A stretch of DNA of 64,000 nucleotides from an uncultured bacterium (GTDB taxonomy: Bacteria; Zixibacteria; MSB-5A5; SM1-73): contig CBDUQU010000001.1 of NCBI GenBank assembly GCA_965369445.1, positions 1,614 through 65,613 on the forward strand, given 5' to 3'. Shown here in pieces: positions 56,077 through 64,000 of the stretch. Positions within the stretch are counted from its first letter, which is position 1, and each line of letters opens with the position of its first letter. Both the position numbers and the translations under genes were made by a program. The notes under the pieces are model-generated. The model searched no databases and was not told where the DNA came from. It was given only the letters and a program-made list of their open reading frames with translations.

Positions 56077-58770
56077 ATGAGAGACAAACTCCTTGCATCA
56101 TGGGGAAGGTTTGCGGCGACCAAACCAGGATGGGTGGTGGTCGCAATGCTTGTCCTGGCCGTTCTTGCCGCAATTTCAGCGAGCAGGCTGACGGTGACCA
56201 TGCGCTGGTCGGACCTGCTTCCCCTCGAAGACCCCATGGTGCAGGAATTCGACAGGATCATCCAGGAATACACCAACGCCTCCAACTCCATCATTGTTGT
56301 GCAGGGACCAGAACACCGGATCAAGGAGTTTGCAGAGACCATCGTGCCGGAGGTGGAAAGCCTCACCGAATATGTTGAGCGGGTGCACTACAAGATCGAC
56401 GAGGAGTTCCTGAGGCGCCACGCTTTCATGCTGGCCAAGGCAAAGGACTTGAAGAAGACAGTTAGAGTCTTCTCCGACGTGAATCTGATTCCCCTGTTGA
56501 CTCACATCAACGATAATTTCGAAGAGACTTATATCGCGGACGAGGAGGCGCTCTCCACCAAGCAGAAGGAGGATGAGGCCGTTCGCTACCTCGACGGGTT
56601 GCAGTTCTGGTTGCAAGTAATGGAGAGATATTTGAGCAACCCGGGCGGAGCAACGAGTGTGCTGGCTGATTCTGCGGTGGATCGTTTCCTGCTTGGTGAC
56701 CCCTATTTCATCTCCCAGGACAAGAACATCCTCCTGATCATGGTGGAACCCACCTTCTCCATAATGGACATCGAAGTGGCGGTAGCCTCTACGGATTCGA
56801 TACAGGCCATCCTGGACAGAACGCTATCGGAGTTTCCGGAGGTCCAAGCCGGGCTCACCGGCAACATCCCCCTGCAGCGGGACGAGATGGTCTACTCCAT
56901 GAAAGACCTGAAGATGACCTCTGTGGTGGCGCTGGTCCTGGTATTGCTGTTTTTCATCCTCTCCTTTCGGATGTGGACCGCTCCCCTGCTGGCCGGTGTC
57001 AACCTCATCCTCGCCATCATCATAGCCGCCGGCGTCGGCGCGCTTTTCCTGGAGAGTCTCAACATGATGACCTCGATGTTCGCGGTGATCCTCATCGGCC
57101 TGGGCATCGATTACTCTATTCACATCATCTCCGTCTATAACGAGCGCCGGGTCATGGGGGAGGACCCGCCAATGGCAGTGCAGCAGACCCTGCTTCGTTC
57201 AGGTGCAGGCATTATCACGGGGGGCATCACCACCTCGGCGGCATTTTTTACCCTGATGATCGCCAGTTCCCGCGGCATCAAGGAGATGGGTCTGATACTG
57301 GGCCTGGGCATCCTCAGCGCCATGATCACCACCTTAGCCGCCCTGCCCGCGTTCCTGGTCTTAAGAGAGAGGATCGTGGGACGAATCCGCCGGAGACCGC
57401 CGCGTCCGGTAAGTGTTGAGTTCAAGGTGCTGGAGAGATTTGGCGAGCTACAGGTTCGCAAGCCCGTATTGTTCTTAATCGTCGGAATACTGCTGACAGG
57501 ATTCTTCGTCTACCAGGCGCTGCATTCGAAGTATGATTACAATTATCTGAACATGGAACCTAAAGGGCTGGCTTCCGTCGAGCTGCAGGACGTCATGATC
57601 GAGGCTTTCGATCTTAGCCCCGACTTCGCCATGATGACAACCTCATCCATAGAGGAGTCAAGGGAAATCGCCGAGAAGGCCAAGAAGGTTGCGTCCATCA
57701 GCTTGGTGGAGAGCATATCCGAATACGTCCCCTCGGAGTCCCAGCAGCAGAAACGCCGCGTGCACCTAAAAAAGATTCGTCATTATCTTGAGACCAACAC
57801 CGGCAACGTCAGTCTATCGGAAGACAATCTCCCTGCGCTATTAGAACAGCTGGAACGACTCGACATGAACATCTACGAACTGGCCCAGTTGTCCTTCACA
57901 GGCGGCCAGGACAAGGTTGACGCGAAATGCAAGCAGATAATCGGCGATCCCGAGAATCCGGATGATGAGAGCTCGATTCTCCAACTGGTGGACAAGCTCA
58001 GAGATGAGCCTGAGTCTGCCATCAGCGGGTTGAACCTATTTCAAGAGCAGTACAGACAGCCCTTGAGAGAGAAGGCTTACCAGATGGCGAATCCTGAAGC
58101 CATCGCTCTGGAGACGCTGCCCCAGACGATCAAGCAGCGATTTATGAACGAGGCCGGTGACAGGTTCTTAGTCACCATGTATCCCAAAGAGATGGTGTGG
58201 GATTTCGAATTTCTGCGCGTCTTCACCACACAACTGGAACGTATCGATCCAAGGATTTCCGGAACGCCTCCCCTCATGCTGCGCTTAATCGACTACGTGG
58301 CAAGGGACGGACTCCGCGCTACCCTGCTGACCATTCTGGTAGTCCTCTTGTTTCTGTGGCTCGATTTTCGCAGCCTGAAGTTGGCACTCATGGCGATGAT
58401 ACCTCTCGTCGCCGGCGGCTTCTGGATGGTCGGCCTGATGAAGACCTTCGGCATGATGTTCACCATGGTCAACCTGATGGGCATTCCCATGATCGTAGGC
58501 ATCGGCATCGATGACGGGGTGCACCTTCTGCACCGCTACCGGATTGAAGGATTCACCAAAACCCCTATAGTTCTGAAAAGCACCGGAAAAGCCATAATGA
58601 TCACCTCGTTGACCACCATGGCGGGGTTCGGCTCCCTTATGCTGGCTGAATACCGCGGTTTTGTTAGCCTGGGTGCTCTTTTGGTGCTGGGGGTTTTCGC
58701 CTGCTTTATCACCACCGTGCTATTGCTGCCCGCAATAATCGGAATCATGACCCGTCGCGGCAAGTCGTGA
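56077..58770 (+). CDS. MMPL/RND-superfamily exporter (12 TM helices, two-halves architecture)
   Basis: 897 aa with two bundles of roughly six TM helices, each preceded by a large periplasmic loop; GLGIDYSIH and GIGIDDGVH occur at equivalent positions in the two halves. Confidence 0.85.
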   Translation: MRDKLLASWGRFAATKPGWVVVAMLVLAVLAAISASRLTVTMRWSDLLPLEDPMVQEFDRIIQEYTNASNSIIVVQGPEHRIKEFAETIVPEVESLTEYVERVHYKIDEEFLRRHAFMLAKAKDLKKTVRVFSDVNLIPLLTHINDNFEETYIADEEALSTKQKEDEAVRYLDGLQFWLQVMERYLSNPGGATSVLADSAVDRFLLGDPYFISQDKNILLIMVEPTFSIMDIEVAVASTDSIQAILDRTLSEFPEVQAGLTGNIPLQRDEMVYSMKDLKMTSVVALVLVLLFFILSFRMWTAPLLAGVNLILAIIIAAGVGALFLESLNMMTSMFAVILIGLGIDYSIHIISVYNERRVMGEDPPMAVQQTLLRSGAGIITGGITTSAAFFTLMIASSRGIKEMGLILGLGILSAMITTLAALPAFLVLRERIVGRIRRRPPRPVSVEFKVLERFGELQVRKPVLFLIVGILLTGFFVYQALHSKYDYNYLNMEPKGLASVELQDVMIEAFDLSPDFAMMTTSSIEESREIAEKAKKVASISLVESISEYVPSESQQQKRRVHLKKIRHYLETNTGNVSLSEDNLPALLEQLERLDMNIYELAQLSFTGGQDKVDAKCKQIIGDPENPDDESSILQLVDKLRDEPESAISGLNLFQEQYRQPLREKAYQMANPEAIALETLPQTIKQRFMNEAGDRFLVTMYPKEMVWDFEFLRVFTTQLERIDPRISGTPPLMLRLIDYVARDGLRATLLTILVVLLFLWLDFRSLKLALMAMIPLVAGGFWMVGLMKTFGMMFTMVNLMGIPMIVGIGIDDGVHLLHRYRIEGFTKTPIVLKSTGKAIMITSLTTMAGFGSLMLAEYRGFVSLGALLVLGVFACFITTVLLLPAIIGIMTRRGKS

Positions 58771-58949
58771 ATTGCTGTCGGGCGTCGTAGGGGCGATTCA
58801 TGAATCGCCCCTACAGCTCTGATCTTCTTTCCAACAAAAGGACGCAAACATCGAGCAAAAAACGCTTGCCTGGCAGAAGGAAACATGGTTATTTAAGGCC
58901 ATACAAAAGGGCATGACAGAATAGTCGTCCGATCATGGGGGAGGGTAAG

Positions 58950-59924
58950 ATGAACGTCTTCATTACCGGAGCTACCGGCTTCATCGGAAGTCACCTGGTG
59001 AAACGGCTGGCCGACACAGAGCACAAACTTGTCTGTTTGGCCAGACCAACCAGTGACGTTAATGAACTTGAAAAGCAGGGCGTCACTCTAATCAAAGGCG
59101 ACGTGACCGACAAAGATTCCCTGCTCGAGGGTATGACAGGCTGCCAGTGGGTGATAAACCTGGCCAATCTCTATTCTTTCTGGGAACCTGACAAACAGAT
59201 CTTTTCGGACATTAACATTGCGGGCACCCGTAACGTGATGGAGTGCGCGCTGGAAACGGGCGTTGCCAAGGTAGTGCACATAAGCACAGCCGGAATTTAC
59301 GGCAAGCCGGCGGAATGTCCTTTCTGCGAGGATAGCCCGGTCGGCCGGGTGCGGTTCAGTGAGTATTTCCGAACCAAGTATGAGGGTGATCTGATCGCCT
59401 GGGAGCTGCACGAGAAAAAGGGACTGCCCTTGCTCATGATATATCCTACGGCGGTCTTGGGTCCGGGTGATCCCAAGGCCTCCGGCCGGTATATCCAGGA
59501 TCTAATTCATCGTCGTTTGCCGGCCAGGGTTCTGGAGAATTCCGTCTTCACCTTCGTACACGTGCGGGACGTTGCCGAGGCTATTGTCAGGGCGGCGGAG
59601 AAGGAAAACAACATCGGTGAGAAATACCTCGTGGGCAAACACCAACTGCCCTGGAGAGAGATCAACCGGATGGTCAGCGAAATCTCCGGAGTCCGACTGC
59701 CGAAGATGCGTCTTCCCGACTTTCTGACCATGTTCAACGCCAGGTTTCTGACACTGGTGGCTAACGTAATAAAGAAGCCCCCCTTGTGGGGCATGGCCAT
59801 TGACCAGATCAGGACCATGAAAGAGGGTTTTGTGATCGATGGCAGCAAGGCGGAAAGGGAACTGGGTATAAGCTACACACCCGTCCGCGTTGCCCTCGAG
59901 GAAGCCATAGCGTCCTATCGGTAG
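58950..59924 (+). CDS. NAD-dependent epimerase/dehydratase (extended SDR family)
   Basis: MNVFITGATGFIGSHLV Rossmann motif and a YxxxK-type region; GGGGAGGG RBS. Confidence 0.85.
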   Translation: MNVFITGATGFIGSHLVKRLADTEHKLVCLARPTSDVNELEKQGVTLIKGDVTDKDSLLEGMTGCQWVINLANLYSFWEPDKQIFSDINIAGTRNVMECALETGVAKVVHISTAGIYGKPAECPFCEDSPVGRVRFSEYFRTKYEGDLIAWELHEKKGLPLLMIYPTAVLGPGDPKASGRYIQDLIHRRLPARVLENSVFTFVHVRDVAEAIVRAAEKENNIGEKYLVGKHQLPWREINRMVSEISGVRLPKMRLPDFLTMFNARFLTLVANVIKKPPLWGMAIDQIRTMKEGFVIDGSKAERELGISYTPVRVALEEAIASYR

Positions 59925-59973
59925 TAAAAAGGGGATTTTGAAGGCGTCAGAACATCTGCCTGGGGAAGCGAAA

Positions 59974-61854
59974 ATGGACAAGCTCACAGACCTCCACTCT
60001 CTTTACAAGCACTTAGAGAAATGTGCGACAGACTACAGGTCTTCTCACGAGATCGGAGGCTTGTTCCAAAAGCTGAGAGACCTGAAGCATAAGGAAAAGG
60101 ACTCTGACCAGACTGAAAAAGCTCAATGGGAGGTGGATTTCTTCAATTTCGTGCTGACTGACGGAGGTCTTAAGCCCACATTTACCTGGACCGATGAAAA
60201 GGGTGGAATCGTTGAATATCCAACCCTCCGCGAATTCGACGAAAGAAAATACGAATATCTGATCGGCAGGTTTCGTGCTACGTCTAACCCCTTGCTCAAG
60301 GCGCACTACGCACAGATAATCTGGTGCAGCCCCGTAAAGCACAGGAAGTACGCGAGCGCGGCTGTGGAGTCGCACCTCAAGCTTGTACAAGTGTACGAAC
60401 GAAAGGACAGGACGGACCCCCAGGGACATCACGGCCTGGACATTCTCAGCGCGATTCGGAACTCCTACTTCATCTCTCGCAAGGCAAAATGCAAACTCGC
60501 CAAGGTCAGATCGGAGGCAAAGAGACTGGTGCTCAAATTCAATTTCAAAAGTGGCTCTTCCTTTGCCATTCGAGCCAATCTCATCAGCTTGATGCTGGAA
60601 AATAGGAAGGACTTCAGCGAAAAGAGCTTCACTGGATTCGAGGAAATCTGTTGGCGAGTGGCAAATACTTTGAGAAAATCCGGAAATGTCCACGCCGCAA
60701 TAGATTTGCTTGAACTCGGCGATAGAATCGACCGGAGAAGGAGCAAGACAACGCACAATTGGCGACGGCGGATCGCTGAATTGTGGGAGGCCTTAGTCGA
60801 CGAGGCGGACAAAAACCCAATTCTAGCTGGCACCAGTTACCTGGAACGCGCGATAGAAAGCTACAAGTCCCTTGGCCACAAGAACAAAGTTGCCCTTCTG
60901 GAGAAGAAATACAGTGAGCTGAAGGCTTCCATGCATTTGACTCAGATAAGGACACCGGTGGATCTGACGGAACACGTTAAAAGATGCAGAGAGATTGCTA
61001 CGAAGATAGTAAGAAAGGAATCCGCACAGAGTTTGATAAAACTGCTGATGCTAGATAAAGGACTCTTGCCCGACCACAAGTCCGTAAAGAAGCGGAACGA
61101 GGAGAGTCGGAAGTACTCCGTGATTCCGCACCTTTTCCAGACTGAGGTCCTCGACCAATCCGGGCATGCCGCCCAGCATTTCACAGACGCAGACGAAAGG
61201 GAGTATTACGGGATTCTTGTGGAATATGGTCGGGAACTCAAATTCAAAAAGATGCATTTAATAAACGAGATATTTCTAACCGCTATTCGCAAGAACAAGT
61301 TGTCATCGCGAAGTCTCCTCACATTCCTCAAGAGACATTCCTGGCTAGGCAAGAAGATCACCAAGAAAGTGGCAAATAGAAAAGTAGAATACACGTGGTT
61401 AGGTGTGATTGCCCCCGCCATCCATGAATACTTTTTACAGATGCAGTACTATTTCGCCTATCCGGACTACTTGCCCCATTTAGTGTTGTGCATTGATTCT
61501 CTCACTCTGAAGTTTGAGGGTTTGTTCAGAGATATTTGCGAGTTCTCGGGCACACCGACCTCTTACGTTGTCAAGGACAAGAAGGGTAGGCCCGTGAGAA
61601 GAGAAAAACCTATCCATATGCTTCTATACGAAGAAGCAGTCGAGTCGCTTTTCGACGCGGACGATCTGCTGTTCTTTCGCTTCCTGTTGGTGGAGAAAGC
61701 AGGCTATAATCTTAGGCACAGAGTCGCCCACTCTCTGATGTTCTTCCAAGACTATGCGGTCCCATATATACACCTTTTGATACTGGCACTCCTTAAGCTA
61801 GGCAGGTACGATTTCGCCCGAGGACAAAACGCTAATCCTCCCGAGGCCAGATAA
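59974..61854 (+). CDS. large hypothetical protein with a C-terminal Rx4H (HEPN-like) motif
   Basis: 626 aa from MDKLTDLHSLYKHLEK. GC is about 47% against about 55% for its neighbours. It is alpha-helical and Lys/Arg-rich, and the C-terminus carries FRFLLVEKAGYNLRHRVAHSLM, i.e. an NLR...H / Rx4H motif. Confidence 0.5.
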   Translation: MDKLTDLHSLYKHLEKCATDYRSSHEIGGLFQKLRDLKHKEKDSDQTEKAQWEVDFFNFVLTDGGLKPTFTWTDEKGGIVEYPTLREFDERKYEYLIGRFRATSNPLLKAHYAQIIWCSPVKHRKYASAAVESHLKLVQVYERKDRTDPQGHHGLDILSAIRNSYFISRKAKCKLAKVRSEAKRLVLKFNFKSGSSFAIRANLISLMLENRKDFSEKSFTGFEEICWRVANTLRKSGNVHAAIDLLELGDRIDRRRSKTTHNWRRRIAELWEALVDEADKNPILAGTSYLERAIESYKSLGHKNKVALLEKKYSELKASMHLTQIRTPVDLTEHVKRCREIATKIVRKESAQSLIKLLMLDKGLLPDHKSVKKRNEESRKYSVIPHLFQTEVLDQSGHAAQHFTDADEREYYGILVEYGRELKFKKMHLINEIFLTAIRKNKLSSRSLLTFLKRHSWLGKKITKKVANRKVEYTWLGVIAPAIHEYFLQMQYYFAYPDYLPHLVLCIDSLTLKFEGLFRDICEFSGTPTSYVVKDKKGRPVRREKPIHMLLYEEAVESLFDADDLLFFRFLLVEKAGYNLRHRVAHSLMFFQDYAVPYIHLLILALLKLGRYDFARGQNANPPEAR

Positions 61855-61997
61855 AGGGACTATTCCTGGGGTGTTCTTCTGTTCAGGCAAGGGTGGTTTC
61901 GGTCCCAGGTGAAAAATTTCACAAAATCCCCTTGCGAAAGGTTCTGGGTTTTGCTATATTCTGAACGTCGCAGAATTTTCTGAAAAGGAACATCAAT

Positions 61998-63263
61998 ATG
62001 GAAATCGATTTAAAATACGGCCGGTCGCACAAGCAACTGAAGCTAAATGATAAGAACCTGATCGGCGTGTTGAAATTGAAGGAGTCTTCCGGCATCCCTG
62101 ACGTCATCGCAGCGGAAAAGGAGGCTCTTACTAATCCCATCGGATCGAAAAAGCTCTCCGAGATCGCCAAAGGCAAAAAGACCGCTTGTATCGTTGTCTC
62201 CGACTACACGCGTGGCTGTCCCTACAGCCGACTGGGCTTCAATCTTCTCCTCCCCCTCATCGACGAACTGCATGCCGGGGGAATCAAGGACGAGGATATC
62301 AAATTCCTGGTTGGAACCGGAGCACATCGAGTTCACACCAAGCAGGAGGACATCGACAACTTCGGCCAGGAGATTGTGAACAAGTACGAGGTCATCAGTC
62401 ACGACTGCGATAAGAACAACGTCTCGTTAGGGAATCTCTCCACCGGAAACGAGCTTCTCGTCGACAAGGTCTGGGTGGACGCGGAGGTGAAGGTGATGAC
62501 CGGATTGATCACCACCCATTATTTCGGCGGCTTCTCCGGCGGAAGAAAGGGAATACTTCCCGGAATCGTCGCCCGCGAGACCATCCGCAAGAACCACGCC
62601 ATGATCGTCGATCCCGAAGTGGACATCGCCAAGACCAAAGGGAATCCCATCTCCGATGAGATGGACGAAGCTGCCCGGAAGGCCGGAGTGGATTTCCTGC
62701 TGAACGTGGTGATAAACGACAAGAAGGAGATCGTGACGATCGTGGCAGGCGATTTAGACCAAGCTTATGAGGAAGGCTGGAAAGCGTGCCGGGAACTGTA
62801 TTTAGTTCCGTTCAAGGAGAAAGCCGACGTGGTCTTTGCTTGCGCCGGAGGATATCCCAAGGACGTGAGCCTGTACCAGTCGCAGAAGACCATAAACAAC
62901 GGCAAGCTGGTGCTGAAAGATGGAGGCACCATCGTCTTAATCTCCCAATGCAGCGAGGGAATCGGATCGGACACCTTTGCCAAATGGCTTGCGGAAGCCT
63001 CGTCATTGGATGAGCTATTGAATGCCGATCCGGCCAAGATCGTGGTGGGTGGGCATACTGCAGTCGGAAATGCCAAGGTGCTGAAGCGATTCAACATCCT
63101 GGTGGTCTCCAGCATCCCCAGGGAGCAGTTGGAGATGAGATTCTACGAACACGCGGAAGGAATAGACCAGGCCATAGAGTGGGTCAAGAAAGAGCATGGA
63201 GAAGATTTCAGATCATACGTGATGCCACAGGGGGGATTGATTTATCCCTGCCCGGAAGGATAG
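61998..63263 (+). CDS. LarA-family (nickel-pincer) alpha-hydroxyacid racemase/epimerase-like protein (DUF2088 N-domain)
   Basis: 421 aa: a DUF2088-like N-domain (TACIVVSDYTRG...FLVGTGAHRVHT) followed by a LarA-type C-domain; a Lys is at the expected region. Confidence 0.65.
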   Translation: MEIDLKYGRSHKQLKLNDKNLIGVLKLKESSGIPDVIAAEKEALTNPIGSKKLSEIAKGKKTACIVVSDYTRGCPYSRLGFNLLLPLIDELHAGGIKDEDIKFLVGTGAHRVHTKQEDIDNFGQEIVNKYEVISHDCDKNNVSLGNLSTGNELLVDKVWVDAEVKVMTGLITTHYFGGFSGGRKGILPGIVARETIRKNHAMIVDPEVDIAKTKGNPISDEMDEAARKAGVDFLLNVVINDKKEIVTIVAGDLDQAYEEGWKACRELYLVPFKEKADVVFACAGGYPKDVSLYQSQKTINNGKLVLKDGGTIVLISQCSEGIGSDTFAKWLAEASSLDELLNADPAKIVVGGHTAVGNAKVLKRFNILVVSSIPREQLEMRFYEHAEGIDQAIEWVKKEHGEDFRSYVMPQGGLIYPCPEG

Positions 63264-63372
63264 ATTTGCTCTGCCTGAACTCAGGGATGAGCCGGGCCGG
63301 TTTGGCCCTTATCCTGTCCATGTAAGAGAATCCAATTAACCTTTAACCTACTTTCAATGAAGGAGTGACACG

Positions 63373-64000
63373 ATGGCAGACACTTACGTAGACGACGTAA
63401 AGCTGGCCAAGTTCTGCACCGAGGTCTTTGTGAGATTGGGCGTGCCCCGCAAGGATGCCCAGGTTACCTCGGACGTTTTGGTGGCTTCGGACCTGAGGGG
63501 AATTCCCTCTCACGGCGTTGCCCGGCTGATGAGATACGTTGACGGTATCCGCAAGGGGACCATCCTTCCCAAGGTGAAGCCGAAAATCATAAAGGAGACC
63601 TCCTCCACGGCTGCGATCGATGCCAGGCACGGACTGGGTCAGCCGGCCAGCTACTTCGGAATGAATCTGGCCATAAAGAAAGCCAAGAGAGGCGGGGTGG
63701 GATTCGTGACGGTGAGAAACAGCAACCATTATGGGATCGCCGGTTACTATTCCATGATGGCGCTGAAGAATAACCTGATAGGCATCTCCATGACCAACTC
63801 GGCTCCCTTAGCCGTTCCCACGTTTGGCCGCGCCAGCATGATCGGAACCAATCCCATAAGCGTGGTAGCTCCGGCCAGTAAAACCAGGCCCTACGTGCTG
63901 GACATGGCCACCACCGTGGTCCCGCGGGGAAAGCTGGAGGTGCTGAATCGTCTGGGCAAGCCGCTGCCTTTGGGCTGGGCAGTGGATGAAAAGGGAGTCC
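63373..64000 (+). CDS. Ldh_2 family (malate / L-lactate / sulfolactate) dehydrogenase, N-terminal part; gene runs off the window end
   Basis: Not in the track because it has no in-window stop. AAGGAG precedes the ATG at 63373. The product MADTYVDDVKLAKFCTEVFVRLGVPRKDAQVTSDVLVASDLRGIPSHGVARL...SNHYGIAGYY matches Ldh_2 signature blocks. Confidence 0.7.
   Translation, partial: MADTYVDDVKLAKFCTEVFVRLGVPRKDAQVTSDVLVASDLRGIPSHGVARLMRYVDGIRKGTILPKVKPKIIKETSSTAAIDARHGLGQPASYFGMNLAIKKAKRGGVGFVTVRNSNHYGIAGYYSMMALKNNLIGISMTNSAPLAVPTFGRASMIGTNPISVVAPASKTRPYVLDMATTVVPRGKLEVLNRLGKPLPLGWAVDEKGV

Overview
This 64 kb window looks like a contig from an uncultured, probably anaerobic bacterium. Core genes run at roughly 55% GC and are densely packed, mostly on the minus strand, with Shine-Dalgarno sites of the AAGGAG/GGAGG type. 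I called genes by eye from the six-frame track plus manual translation of the regions the track missed. No tools, database searches or HMMs were run, so family names are pattern-based recollection and are graded accordingly.

Main blocks:
- 1-1327: a partial HerA/FtsK-like ATPase with a small membrane protein, at the window edge.
- 1484-7389: a DmpA-type peptidase, a lipoprotein, a GNAT, a TPR lipoprotein and a GT-C-like membrane protein.
- 7502-12730: a corrinoid methyltransferase operon that looks like a methionine synthase (MetH) split into separate genes, with an MttB-family methyltransferase in place of the folate module, plus a divergent MarR-GNAT regulator.
- 12751-15870: an S41 peptidase and a beta-lactamase-family hydrolase.
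- 15955-16990: a roughly 1 kb AT-rich island (about 35% GC) carrying a TIR/nucleoside-deoxyribosyltransferase-like protein and a Phd/YefM-like small protein. It is flanked by 18-bp direct repeats and sits next to a 3' relic of an Fe-S gene whose intact paralog lies at 32232.
- 17479-21912: an NrfD/NrfC-like membrane redox pair followed by three tandem membrane-anchored receiver proteins, one fused to a GcvH-like domain.
- 21913-23257: a 1.3 kb repeat-rich noncoding region ending in a perfect TTGACT-N17-TATAAT promoter.
- 23258-28421: a Type I restriction-modification operon (hsdM-hsdS-hsdR); HsdR carries an unusual 3x Cys-rich tandem repeat.
- 29070-33488: a sigma-54 two-component system whose kinase has c-type heme motifs in its periplasmic domain, plus a 4Fe-4S protein.
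- 33674-33925: tRNA-Glu and tRNA-Arg.
- 35610-37918: cysS and a HAD hydrolase.
- 39491-42468: a type IV minor-pilin cluster.
- 42700-44650: a patch of small secreted-protein genes with duplicated 3' modules.
- 44666-53501: housekeeping genes (ddl, a DedA-family protein, ispF, ispD, queA, queH, ruvBAC, yebC).
- 53878-58770: a LolA-like / DUF1302 / MMPL exporter triad.
- 58950-64000: an SDR epimerase, a lower-GC 626-aa protein with a C-terminal Rx4H (HEPN-like) motif, and a LarA-family protein with an Ldh_2 dehydrogenase.

Several interspersed structured repeat families occur in the spacers. The best candidates for novel systems are the AT-rich TIR/NDT-like island, the HEPN-like orphan and the MttB-linked split methionine-synthase-like operon.
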